Assembly: GCA_963726745.1 (NCBI GenBank)
Contig: CAVSDR010000003.1
Location: 416,001-480,000 of the forward strand
Length of the DNA: 64,000 nt
Source of the DNA: an uncultured Verrucomicrobiae bacterium
GTDB lineage: Bacteria; Verrucomicrobiota; Verrucomicrobiia; Chthoniobacterales; UBA10450
Direction: 5' to 3'
A model generated the notes under the pieces. The model searched no databases. It saw only the letters and a list, made by a program, of their open reading frames with translations, and was not told where the DNA came from. Of the stretch, positions 54,541-63,637 are shown piece after piece; the stretch's first letter is position 1; the number at the start of each line of letters is the position of its first letter. The position numbers and the translations under genes were made by a program.

Positions 54541-55395
54541 CTAGCGGCGCGGTGCGGGCGTGCTCTTGGCGCGAATCAGGCGGCCATCTGGCGCGCGACG
54601 GATCCGCTGCGCTTTCGCCGCCGCCTTCTGTTTCACCTCGACGTATTTGAGACGCGCAGTCGCGTCAGCGTCGTTCGGCTTCAACTGCAGAATCTTGCGA
54701 AAATCCTCCGCGGCCGGGCCGTATTGATTGGTTAGACGATAAGCCTGGCCCCGGCGGCGATAGGCTTCCGGATCCTTCGGACGCAACTCGATGATGCGGG
54801 TGAAGTCGGCGATCGCGAGATCGTTCTTGCCCAGTTTGCGGTAGACATACCCGCGCTGCTCGAGCGCGCCGACGTCCTTCTTGTTCGCGCCGACGACCTT
54901 GGTGTAATCGTCCGCCGCCTGCTGCCATTGCTGCTTCCGCAAGTGGGCGTAGGCACGATAACGCAGCGCCGCCGGGTCCTTTGAGCCAAGCTCGATCGCC
55001 TTCGTGAGATCGACAATCGCCGCGTCGAACTTGTTCTGCTGCATCTCCAGCTGGCCTTTGTCGAGGCGGGCCTGCGCATCCTTGGGATTAAACTCGATCA
55101 CCTTTTCGTAATCGGCCAGCGCCTCCTTCGGCTGATTGTTCAACTTATAGGCCAGCGCGCGATTGGTGTAGTTCTTGGGGTCGTTAGGCTGCGCCTTGAT
55201 CGCGAGGGTGAACTCCTTCACCGCCTCGGCGTATTTCTTCTGCCGGGCAAATTTTACGCCTTTGTTGGTGTGGCCGCCGGGATCGCCCGCGATGGCAGAA
55301 CGGCGGCTGCGACGTGCGCCCTCCGCGGAGGGCACTGCGAGGAAGGGGAAGACGAGCGCGGCCAGAAGCAACAGATGGAGGGAGAATTTTTTCAT
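54541..55395 (-). CDS. Secreted TPR protein
   Basis: Signal peptide and repeated A..DFT.AI.L.PKD..AY..RG. Confidence 0.85.
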   Translation of the reverse strand: MKKFSLHLLLLAALVFPFLAVPSAEGARRSRRSAIAGDPGGHTNKGVKFARQKKYAEAVKEFTLAIKAQPNDPKNYTNRALAYKLNNQPKEALADYEKVIEFNPKDAQARLDKGQLEMQQNKFDAAIVDLTKAIELGSKDPAALRYRAYAHLRKQQWQQAADDYTKVVGANKKDVGALEQRGYVYRKLGKNDLAIADFTRIIELRPKDPEAYRRRGQAYRLTNQYGPAAEDFRKILQLKPNDADATARLKYVEVKQKAAAKAQRIRRAPDGRLIRAKSTPAPRR

Positions 55396-55499
55396 AAGCA
55401 AAGTTCCTGCGAACAAAATGCAGCCAGCGGCAGCGACGTCAAACAGCCGACCCTTTCACGCGGCCGGTGGCGGACTGACGGGAGCGCGCTGCCTAACGA

Positions 55500-57266
55500 G
55501 TGATTCCGCTTGCGCCGTTGGGCCCGCGGCTTTCCAGTCAGGATCGAGTGGCTACGCTTTCGGCCGAGTTCCATCGCCTGCACGATAAAGCGCGCCCGGT
55601 CATTGGCACTCTCCTGTATGGCCTGGTCGCGAGCCTGGCCGCGGTCGCCTTCCAACTAGCCGTCAATTGGCTCTACGCGCTCTGCTACACCACGCCGGCC
55701 GCGGGAAGTTTCTGGCGTTTTTGCTGGCTCACGCTCGCGGTCATCGTCTCCACATCGCTCCTCGCTGGTTGGCTCCTGCATGCCTTTTGCCCGGAGGCCG
55801 CCGGCAGCGGCATCCCGCAAGTAAAGCTGCGCTTTTGGAAGGAATTTGGACACTCCCCGCGCCGGATTGCCTGGATCAAATTCCTCGGCGGTGTGATCAC
55901 GCTCGGCGGCGGGCAAAGTCTCGGGCGCGAAGGCCCGACGGTGCAGATCGGGAGCAATCTCGCCTCCAGCCTGGCCGGCCTGCTCGGGGTGACAAAGCAG
56001 AACCGTCGCGCGGCCAGCGCTGCCGGGGCCGCCGCCGGCTTAGCCGCCGCTTTCAACGCGCCCTTGGCGGCGGTCGCGTTCGTCCTTGAGGAGATCATCG
56101 GCGACCTGAACAGCCGCTCGTTAGGCAGCGTTCTCCTGGCTTCGGTCATCGGCGCGTTTGTGGTCCATGCCGCGATCGGCGCGCAGCCGGCCTTTGTCCT
56201 TCCAGCGCTGGCGGAGCCAACCTGGCGGGCGTACCTGCTGATGCCGATCGCGGCTGCGTTGGCCACGCTCATCGGCGTTCTCTTTCAACGGAGCACGCTC
56301 GGGTTGCGCGCGCGTTGCCGGAAGGCGCAGCGGTTTCCGCGCTGGCTGCAACCATTAGCCGGTGGGCTCACCACTTGGGTCATCGGGATCAGCATCTTCG
56401 CCTACACCGGGCGGCTGGGGGTTTTTGCCCTCGGCTACGACGATCTTTCCGATGCGCTCCAACACGGCATGGCCTGGAAGCTCGCGCTCCTCCTACTCGC
56501 CGGAAAGCTCCTGGCCACGATCGCGAGTTACGGCTTCGGCGGCTGCGGCGGAATTTTTTCGCCGAATCTTTTCTTCGGCGCGATGTGCGGCCTGGTAGTC
56601 GCTGGCCTCGGTGGACAATTCTTTGCGCTCAATCGCTCGGACGATCTCCTGGTGACGATCGGCGCGATGAGTGCCTGCCTGGGCGCGGTGGTGCAGGCGC
56701 CGGTGACCGCAATTTTGATCATCTTCGAGATGACGCACCAGTTCGCGGTGGTGCCAGGGCTGATGCTCGCGGGATTGGTCAGCCAGGCGCTCGCGCGTTC
56801 GCTTTCGAGCACGAATTTCTACGACGAAGTGCTCCTGCAAGACGGCCATCAAATCGAACACCTGGTGCCACCGCGCGATCTCCGGAGCTGGCAAAATCTC
56901 CCGATCTCGGCGATCGCGAATTTCCAGCCGGTAGCGATTAGAGACAGCAACTTCACCGCGCTGCGGGAACTGCTCGCGGCGCATCCTTACCGGCATTTTC
57001 CCCTGCTCGAAAATGAGCGCGTGCAGGGCATGGCCACGCGGCAGGAGATCGAGATGGCGATTGTGGAAGCGCGGCCGCTCCGGCTCGAGCCGGCCTTTCC
57101 CTGCCGGCCGGGTGCATCGATCCGCGAATCGCAGGCCGCCTTGATCGAATCGCCCACGCACACGCTGGTGCTGACGGATGGTCCCGAGGGAAAATTGCTC
57201 GCGGTGGTGACGCTGCACGATCTCCTGCGCGCGCAGGTGACGATGAGCGAACGCGAGCGTCCCTGA
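55500..57266 (+). CDS. CLC chloride channel/antiporter with CBS domains
   Basis: GSGIP, GREGPTVQIG, AAAFNAPL, GGIFSP. Confidence 0.92.
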   Translation: MIPLAPLGPRLSSQDRVATLSAEFHRLHDKARPVIGTLLYGLVASLAAVAFQLAVNWLYALCYTTPAAGSFWRFCWLTLAVIVSTSLLAGWLLHAFCPEAAGSGIPQVKLRFWKEFGHSPRRIAWIKFLGGVITLGGGQSLGREGPTVQIGSNLASSLAGLLGVTKQNRRAASAAGAAAGLAAAFNAPLAAVAFVLEEIIGDLNSRSLGSVLLASVIGAFVVHAAIGAQPAFVLPALAEPTWRAYLLMPIAAALATLIGVLFQRSTLGLRARCRKAQRFPRWLQPLAGGLTTWVIGISIFAYTGRLGVFALGYDDLSDALQHGMAWKLALLLLAGKLLATIASYGFGGCGGIFSPNLFFGAMCGLVVAGLGGQFFALNRSDDLLVTIGAMSACLGAVVQAPVTAILIIFEMTHQFAVVPGLMLAGLVSQALARSLSSTNFYDEVLLQDGHQIEHLVPPRDLRSWQNLPISAIANFQPVAIRDSNFTALRELLAAHPYRHFPLLENERVQGMATRQEIEMAIVEARPLRLEPAFPCRPGASIRESQAALIESPTHTLVLTDGPEGKLLAVVTLHDLLRAQVTMSERERP

Positions 57267-57309
57267 GGCTACACGCGCAGGCGCGCGTTCGCGGGCGTAT
57301 CCCCTGTGA

Positions 57310-58005
57310 ATGAGCGACCCGTTGCATTACCTGGCCGTGGCCAGCCTGATCGTGGGCGTCATCTCTGCGGCGATCATCGCGATCGACCTCTTCGCGGGAC
57401 ACCGGCAGCACATGTGGATCATGAACCTGGTCTGGCCGATCACCGGGCTCTATGCGGGCCCCTTCGCGGTCTGGGGTTACTTCGCCGCCGGCCGGCTCTC
57501 GACCGAGCGCGCGCACCGCGCGGCGCAGGCGGAGAACGATCGACCACCGGGAAAAAAGAAGCCGTTCTGGCAGATGGTCGCGCTCGGCGTGACCCATTGC
57601 GGGAGCGGCTGCACCGTGGCCGACATCGTGGGCGAATGGGGGTTGTTCCTTTTCCCGGTGACGCTCTTCGGAATGAAAATGTTCGGCGCCTGGGTGGTCG
57701 ATTATTTGCTCGCGCTCTTGATCGGGATTTTCTTCCAATACTTCACGATCGCGCCCATGCGCGACCTCTCGTTAGGCAAAGGCCTCCTGGCGGCGGCCAA
57801 GGCGGACTTCTTTTCCCTGACCGCCTGGCAGGTGGGGATGTATGGCTGGATGGCGATCGCAGTTTTCGTGTTCTTCGGCCACGAGATCCCGAAAACCGAC
57901 CCGCTCTTCTGGTTCATGATGCAAATCGCAATGCTCATCGGCTTCGCCACCGCCTACCCGGTGAACTGGTGGCTCTTGCGCGCAGGGATCAAAGAGAAGA
58001 TGTGA
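57310..58005 (+). CDS. DUF4396 membrane protein
   Basis: HCGSGCTVADI, FQYFTIAPM, AWQVGMYGWM, YPVNWWLL..GIKEKM. Confidence 0.85.
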   Translation: MSDPLHYLAVASLIVGVISAAIIAIDLFAGHRQHMWIMNLVWPITGLYAGPFAVWGYFAAGRLSTERAHRAAQAENDRPPGKKKPFWQMVALGVTHCGSGCTVADIVGEWGLFLFPVTLFGMKMFGAWVVDYLLALLIGIFFQYFTIAPMRDLSLGKGLLAAAKADFFSLTAWQVGMYGWMAIAVFVFFGHEIPKTDPLFWFMMQIAMLIGFATAYPVNWWLLRAGIKEKM

Positions 58006-58014
58006 GACGGCGCG

Positions 58015-58551
58015 ATGTCTTTATTTTTTAATAGCTGGGATGCGATCCTGCGCACGCTGGCCGCGGGCACGCTGGCTTACATCGGCCTGGTGGTGATCCT
58101 GCGCGTCTCCGGCAAGCGCACGCTCTCGAAGTGGAACGCCTTCGATTTCATCATCACGATCGCGCTCGGCTCGACCCTCGCGAGCATTCTCCTGACGAAA
58201 GACGTCTCTCTGATCCAGGGCATTCTCGCGCTCGGGTTGCTCATTGGCCTGCAGTTTGTCGTCACTTTTCTTTCCGTGCGGCTGGACAAGATCTCCCAGC
58301 TGGTAAAGGCGCGGCCGCGTTTGCTCCTGCTGCGCGGCATCCTGCAAACTCAGGCGATGCAGGAGGAACGCGTGACCGAGGGAGAAATTCTGGCCGCGCT
58401 GCGGACCGAGGGAATCGCGCGCGTGGAAGACGCCGGCGCGGTGGTGCTGGAAACAGACGGCAGCTTCAGCGTGCTGCCGGAGCTCGGCCGCGGCGGGAAA
58501 TCGACCCTCGCAGATGTGCGCGGCACCGAGTCGCTCGCGGCGCTGGATTGA
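58015..58551 (+). CDS. DUF421 (YetF-like) membrane protein
   Basis: LRVSGKRTLSKWNAFDFIITIALGS, AVVLETDGSFSV. Confidence 0.88.
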   Translation: MSLFFNSWDAILRTLAAGTLAYIGLVVILRVSGKRTLSKWNAFDFIITIALGSTLASILLTKDVSLIQGILALGLLIGLQFVVTFLSVRLDKISQLVKARPRLLLLRGILQTQAMQEERVTEGEILAALRTEGIARVEDAGAVVLETDGSFSVLPELGRGGKSTLADVRGTESLAALD

Positions 58552-58641
58552 GCCGGCAACTTCACCGGAGCGTCCACCCGAGCAGGATTGTGCGATGATG
58601 GCCCAAGTGAGAGAAAGCGCTGCCAAAATTCTGCCCGATCG

Positions 58642-59832
58642 ATGAAGACGCCTCGGCGGCCCGCGATTGTCCTGCTGGGAATGATCACGACCATGCCCGT
58701 GGGCGGCGTCATCTGGCAAACGTGGCATTACCTGGAAGGCCTGCGGCGTCTCGGCTTCGAGGTTTATTACGTGGAGGACCACGGGATGTGGCCGGCGATG
58801 TTTACCGACCAGGAAGATCCCTACGGCAGTGAACCGGCGGCGGCGTTCCTCAGGAAATTAATGGAGCGCTTCGGCCTGGCGGATCACTGGTCCTACTGCG
58901 CCTGGCATACCGATGAGCGCTGTTTCGGCCTCGACCGCGCGCAGCTCGCGCCGATCTATGCCGAGGCCGCGGCGGTGCTCAATCTTCACGGCGGCACCGT
59001 CGTGCGCCCGGAGCATCGCCGCGGTGGCGCGTTGCTTTACGTGGAGACGGATCCGGTCGCGACCGAGATCGAGCTGCACCGAGGAGTGAAGGCGACGGCT
59101 GATTTTCTCGACCAACACACAGCGCATTTCACCTTTGGCGAAAACCTCGGCGCGCCGGATTGCCGGGTCCCGCTGCCGCCGGCGAAGTACCGCTTTCACG
59201 CGACGCGCCAGCCGGTCGTCTGCGATTTTTGGGAAAGCGACGGCGGCCCGGCGGAGTGCTTCACCACGATCGCGAATTGGCGGCAGCCGGTGCGCGAAAC
59301 GACTTTAGACGGCGAGCTCTACACCTGGAGCAAGCACCATGAGTTCCTGAAATTTCTCGAGTTGCCTCGGAAAGTCGCGCAGCCCTTCGAGCTGGCCCTG
59401 AGCAGCTTCGAGCCGGCAGACCGCGAGATGTTGCAAGCACACGGCTGGCGGGTGCGACCGGCGCTGGAGTTCACCCGCGACCTCGAGGCTTATCGCGCCT
59501 ACATCCGGCAATCGCGCGGCGAATGGACCGTGGCCAAGGATCAAAACGTGCGCCTGCGCAGCGGCTGGTTTAGCGATCGCGCGGCGACGTATTTGGCCGC
59601 CGGGCGGCCGGTGATCACGCAGGAAACGGGCTTCAGCAATGTGCTGCCTACGGGCGAAGGACTGTTCGCCTTCCGCGAGCTCGGCGAGGTGATCGCGGCG
59701 GTGGAGACGATCAACGCCGATTACCCGCGCCACGCCCGCGCCGCGGCGGAGATCGCGCGGGAATTCTTCGGCGCGGAAGCGGTCCTGGCGAAGATGCTCG
59801 AGCAGGCCGGAGTGGAGATCCCCAGGCGATGA
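58642..59832 (+). CDS. Glycosyltransferase-like protein (GT-B type)
   Basis: GGVIWQTWHYLEGLRRLGFEVYYVE, YIRQSRGEWTVAK, SGWFSDRAATYLAAGRPVITQETG, AAAEIAREFF. Confidence 0.7.
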   Translation: MKTPRRPAIVLLGMITTMPVGGVIWQTWHYLEGLRRLGFEVYYVEDHGMWPAMFTDQEDPYGSEPAAAFLRKLMERFGLADHWSYCAWHTDERCFGLDRAQLAPIYAEAAAVLNLHGGTVVRPEHRRGGALLYVETDPVATEIELHRGVKATADFLDQHTAHFTFGENLGAPDCRVPLPPAKYRFHATRQPVVCDFWESDGGPAECFTTIANWRQPVRETTLDGELYTWSKHHEFLKFLELPRKVAQPFELALSSFEPADREMLQAHGWRVRPALEFTRDLEAYRAYIRQSRGEWTVAKDQNVRLRSGWFSDRAATYLAAGRPVITQETGFSNVLPTGEGLFAFRELGEVIAAVETINADYPRHARAAAEIAREFFGAEAVLAKMLEQAGVEIPRR

Positions 59833-60539
59833 GCGCGGATCGCTTTGTCATCGTCAACGCGGATGACTTTGGCCTAACGAGCGGAATCAATCGCGGCATC
59901 ATCGAGGCGCATGAACGGGGCGTGGTCACCAGCGCAAGCTTGATGGTGCGCGCGCCCGCCGCTGGCGAGGCGGCAGACTACGCCCGCGCCCACCCGCGCT
60001 TCAGCCTCGGCTGGCATGTGGAACTCTCGGAATGGCGATGCCGCGCCGGCCACTGGGAGCTGGCCTACGCGATCGTCGACGTGGCCGATGCTGCGGCGGT
60101 TACCGCGGAGTGCGAGCGGCAACTCGAGCGCTTTCGGGAATTAGCCGGCAACCTGCCCACGCACATCGATTCGCACCAGCATGTGCATTTGCGCGAGCCG
60201 GTGCGCACGGTGCTGGCAGGCTTCGCGACGCGGCTGAAGGTGCCTTTGCGCGCCTGCAGTGAAAGTGTCGGCTACCGGGGCGGCTTCTATGGCCAAACCG
60301 GGGAGGGCGAGCCCCTGCCAGAGGGCATTTCGCCGGCGGCGTTTGCCGCTTTGCTGGAGGCGCTTCCGCCAGGCTGGACCGAGCTCGGGTGCCACCCGGG
60401 ATTTTCCGGGGAGGACTTGGATTCAGTCTATCGAAAGGAGCGCGACGAGGAAGTGCGCGCGCTCTGCAGCGACGAGGTGTGGAAAAGCATCGAGCGCAGC
60501 CGGGTGCAGCTGCGCTCGTTTGCTGATTTCAACCCGTAA
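59829..60539 (+). CDS. ChbG/HpnK (YdjC) family carbohydrate deacetylase
   Basis: IVNADDFGL, VTSASLMV, THIDSHQHVH, TELGCHPG. Confidence 0.9.
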   Translation: MSADRFVIVNADDFGLTSGINRGIIEAHERGVVTSASLMVRAPAAGEAADYARAHPRFSLGWHVELSEWRCRAGHWELAYAIVDVADAAAVTAECERQLERFRELAGNLPTHIDSHQHVHLREPVRTVLAGFATRLKVPLRACSESVGYRGGFYGQTGEGEPLPEGISPAAFAALLEALPPGWTELGCHPGFSGEDLDSVYRKERDEEVRALCSDEVWKSIERSRVQLRSFADFNP

Positions 60540-60581
60540 TCGTGGACGCGCCTCCGTGCGGGAAATGGAGACGCGCCACGA
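60540..60581. terminator. Hairpin between convergent YdjC and peptide genes
   Basis: TCGTGG-a-CGCG-c-CTCC...GGAG-a-CGCG-CCACGA. Confidence 0.5.
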
Positions 60582-60589
60582 CTTCGGGG

Positions 60590-60730
60590 CTAATTCTGGA
60601 ATTTGATTCCGCCGCGGCTGGGGCCTTCGGTATTCCGGGCGCCGCCTTTGGCATCCTTGCGCGGTTTGAGGTCCGACACTTTGACCTGGGGCTTCTTTGA
60701 GGATTTGGATTTGGTGCTTTTCGTTGGCAT
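60590..60730 (-). CDS. Double-glycine leader peptide P3 (46 aa, not in the ORF track)
   Basis: Hand translation MPTKSTKSKSSKKPQVKVSDLKPRKDAKGG-ARNTEGPSRGGIKFQN*; leader nearly identical to P2. Confidence 0.75.
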   Translation of the reverse strand: MPTKSTKSKSSKKPQVKVSDLKPRKDAKGGARNTEGPSRGGIKFQN

Positions 60731-60823
60731 CGCTGGTTGGGAAATGAAGTTTGGTTTGGTGGTGAATTCGATAGCCGCATCAAGGGGATCGGACCCACAA
60801 TGGGCGTATGCTGGCAGCTCTCG

Positions 60824-61033
60824 TTAGTCGAGGTTGCCGCTGTTGCTGGCGTTATTGCTCGCCGAGTTCTGGTCGAACCGGTTTTGCCCGGCGTTACGAC
60901 CGGCGGCGTTCTGGTCGAACGCACCCGACTGGTTGCGGGCTCCGCCCTTGGCGTCCTTTTCCGGGGTGAGGTCCTGGACCTTCACTTCGGGTTTCTTCTC
61001 GGTCGATTCGGCGTTGTCTTTGTTCTGAGCCAT
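60824..61033 (-). CDS. Double-glycine leader peptide P2 (69 aa), Asn-rich core
   Basis: MAQNKDNAESTEKKPEVKVQDLTPEKDAKGG-ARNQSGAFDQNAAGRNAGQNRFDQNSASNNASNSGNLD. Confidence 0.78.
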   Translation of the reverse strand: MAQNKDNAESTEKKPEVKVQDLTPEKDAKGGARNQSGAFDQNAAGRNAGQNRFDQNSASNNASNSGNLD

Positions 61034-61037
61034 TTTC

Positions 61038-61223
61038 TTATTCCTTTGTTTTTTGGGTTGTTGATTGGGTGTCGGTTTCGCCGAAGAGCAACTGACGGCC
61101 GCCTTGGACGTTTTGTTTTGGAATCAAGTCATCCAGGCGGATCAATTGCACTTTCGGGTGTCCCTGCTGTTGATTTTTCTGATCTCCAGCGCGCGCACCT
61201 TTTTTGTCTTTTGATGCACTCAC
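61038..61223 (-). CDS. Double-glycine leader peptide P1 (61 aa)
   Basis: ...PKVQLIRLDDLIPKQNVQGG-RQLLFGETDTQSTTQKTKE; GTG start 7 nt after AGAGGA. Confidence 0.65.
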   Translation of the reverse strand: MSASKDKKGARAGDQKNQQQGHPKVQLIRLDDLIPKQNVQGGRQLLFGETDTQSTTQKTKE

Positions 61224-61237
61224 CTGCCATTCCTCTT

Positions 61238-61254
61238 AACATGCGGCGTGCCAG
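61238..61254 (-). promoter_or_regulatory. Candidate sigma-54 promoter
   Basis: Minus strand CTGGCACG-CCGC-ATGTT: good -24 box, imperfect -12 (GT for GC) at GG-N10 spacing; adjacent to a sigma-54 activator gene. Confidence 0.45.
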
Positions 61255-61360
61255 CATTTCCGAAGGCGCCAAAACGCTGTCTAAAATCGGGGTGACACGG
61301 CTGCTTTCACCCTGGTTGCGAAGGGATTAGCGCGTCGGATTACAATCAGGAAAAGTTTGC

Positions 61361-62428
61361 CTAACGAATGGTAATTTGGCGCGGCCTGGCCTCATTTCGA
61401 CCGCGAGCGTGCTTCGAATTGCGACCAGCAGGCTCATCCTGCGCCATCTGCCGCAGATAGCGGGCTAAGGTGGAGCGTGAGATGCCCAAAAGCTTGGCCG
61501 CGAGGCGCTGGTTCTGCTCGCAGCTCGCATAGACAAACTGCACATGCTTCCGGAGGGCGGACGAAAGCTTCAAGTCGGGCCCCGGACCGTTCTCGGAGTT
61601 CGAGGGTTTGCGCTCGCCGGGCGGAGCCTCCGCCTGGTGCGCATGCGGAAGATCGGGCGAGAAGCTGACGTTATCCGGCAGGATGACTTCGCCATCGCAG
61701 AAGAGAACCATCGTGCGGACGGTGTGGTTCAGCTCGCGCAGGTTCCCGCGCCAGCCGTGCGCGAGCAGCCGAGCCATCGCTTCCGGGTGGATCGCGGTGA
61801 TCTCCTTTCCTTCGCGCGCAGCGGCCGCTTTCAATTCGCCGGCAATCAACGCCGGGAGCTCCTCCAGGCGTTCGCGCAGGGGCGGAATGAGCAACGTCAG
61901 TCCGTTCAGCCGATGAAACAGGTCCTCGCGAAATTTCCCCTGCGCTACGCGTTCCTGCAGCGAGCAATTAGCCGCGCAGATGATCCGCACATCGCAGTGC
62001 AACATCCGCTCGGAGCCGAGCCGCTCGAATTCGCCATACTCGAGCGCGCGCAGGATTTTCACCTGTGCGAGCGCGCTCATTTCCGAGATCTCGTCGAGAA
62101 ACAGCGTCCCTTCATGCGCGAGCTCGAATTTTCCCTTCACCGTCTGCTGCGCGCCGGTGAAAGCGCCGCGCTCGTGCCCAAAGAGCTGGCTCTCGAGCAG
62201 GGTGTCGCTCATTGCGGAGGCGTTAAAGGAAACGAAGGGCCCGCCGCCGCGCAGCGAGGAGTTGTGAATCGCATGCGCCAGGAGCGTTTTCCCGGTGCCG
62301 GTCTCGCCCAGCAAGACCACCGGCACGTCTGACTTGCAGGCGAGTGCGGCCAAACGCAGGCAGCGCGCCATGGCCTCATTCGTCGTCGTGATGTCTTCGA
62401 GCTTGAGGTCAGAGAGGACAGGCTGCAT
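61361..62428 (-). CDS. Sigma-54-dependent activator (AAA+ and HTH, no N-terminal sensor domain)
   Basis: GETGTGKT, GAFTGA, LFLDEI, WRGNLREL, AAKLLGISRSTL. Confidence 0.92.
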   Translation of the reverse strand: MQPVLSDLKLEDITTTNEAMARCLRLAALACKSDVPVVLLGETGTGKTLLAHAIHNSSLRGGGPFVSFNASAMSDTLLESQLFGHERGAFTGAQQTVKGKFELAHEGTLFLDEISEMSALAQVKILRALEYGEFERLGSERMLHCDVRIICAANCSLQERVAQGKFREDLFHRLNGLTLLIPPLRERLEELPALIAGELKAAAAREGKEITAIHPEAMARLLAHGWRGNLRELNHTVRTMVLFCDGEVILPDNVSFSPDLPHAHQAEAPPGERKPSNSENGPGPDLKLSSALRKHVQFVYASCEQNQRLAAKLLGISRSTLARYLRQMAQDEPAGRNSKHARGRNEARPRQITIR

Positions 62429-62446
62429 GCCGGGGGTTTCCTCCTC

Positions 62447-63625
62447 CTACTCGCGGGCGTTCTCCCGCAATTGCCGCACTGGCTCGAAGACGTATTCAAT
62501 CAATGTCCTGCGGCCCACGATGATCCGTGCCGCGCCCCGCATGCCGACGCGCAGGTTGAGCGCCTGCGTGCGGCCTTTCAGCTCCTCCACCGACGCGAGG
62601 GCGACAAAGCGCGGCCCCTCGGGTGTGGTGATAGCCGACGGGCTGATCCAATCGAGCGTGGCGTTAACCGTGCCGTAGCGCTGGTAAGGGAACGCCTCCA
62701 GAAAGAGCCGCGTTTTCTGTCCCGCCTTCAGCTTGGGCAAGCCAGTTTCCGAAAGCAGTAGACGCGCGCGCGGTTGCGCATCGAGCCGGGCGAGCTGGCA
62801 AAGCTCCTGGCCATTCTGAACCACGCTGCCGGCGCTTTTTTGCGCCACCGAAATCACGACCGCATCGTAGGGCGCACGCAGGGAAACGAGATTCTGCTGC
62901 GAGTTCTCCAGCTGCGCCTTCAAGGACCCGAGCCGATAGCCGAGCTTCTCGATCTCGGAAACGTCCTGCCCGCGCTGGCGCCCATGCTCCAGCTCCATCC
63001 GCTCGCGTTCCAGCTTCACCTGCTGGAGCGTCCGCTCGGCCACGCTCAAGTCTTTCTCGGAGGCCGCGAGGTCGAGGCGCAACCGTAAAAGTTCGACCTT
63101 CGAGATGCCGCCACTGCTGGAGAGTTTATCCATCCGTTCGACCAGCTCGCGATTGGCTGCGCTATGCCGCTCGCGAAACTTCACCTCGCTCTCGGCCTGC
63201 GCGATTTCCTGCTCCTTGATCTGCGCTTGCGCCTCGTAGGCCGAGTCGGATTTCTTCAAGCCGGCCTCGCGCTCGCGCAGGTCCTCGCTCAACGTCCGGA
63301 AACTCGTGTCGAGCGTGCGGATTTCCTCGGAGCGCAGGACAAAGAGTTCGCTGCCTTCCTTGACCGTGTCGCCCTCGCTCACGGCCACGCGATTCACCAC
63401 CGCCGCGTAGGGCGATTGCACCGGGTCCGCGCCATCGCGCGGCACGAGCACAAACGGACAGGTGACCGTCTCCGGCAGGTGCACAAAAATCGAGGCGACG
63501 AGCGCAATTCCGAAGAAGGCGATGATCAACCAGCCGGTGCTGCGCACAATCCACGGCGGCGGATCCTGCGGGAGCATTTCCGACTCGTTGTCGATCGAGG
63601 GGCGGGTGGCGAGGAGCGCGGCCAT
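62447..63625 (-). CDS. HlyD-family membrane fusion protein
   Basis: TM helix, VSEGDTVKEG, coiled coil, LRAPYDAVV, AFPYQRYGTVNATLDWISP, LRVGM. Confidence 0.9.
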   Translation of the reverse strand: MAALLATRPSIDNESEMLPQDPPPWIVRSTGWLIIAFFGIALVASIFVHLPETVTCPFVLVPRDGADPVQSPYAAVVNRVAVSEGDTVKEGSELFVLRSEEIRTLDTSFRTLSEDLREREAGLKKSDSAYEAQAQIKEQEIAQAESEVKFRERHSAANRELVERMDKLSSSGGISKVELLRLRLDLAASEKDLSVAERTLQQVKLERERMELEHGRQRGQDVSEIEKLGYRLGSLKAQLENSQQNLVSLRAPYDAVVISVAQKSAGSVVQNGQELCQLARLDAQPRARLLLSETGLPKLKAGQKTRLFLEAFPYQRYGTVNATLDWISPSAITTPEGPRFVALASVEELKGRTQALNLRVGMRGAARIIVGRRTLIEYVFEPVRQLRENARE

Positions 63626-63637
63626 GGAGTCGTTAGG

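Noticed and set aside
48765..58551. Stress/ion-homeostasis gene run as a novel system
   Set aside because: Common families in mixed orientation with no evident shared regulatory signal.
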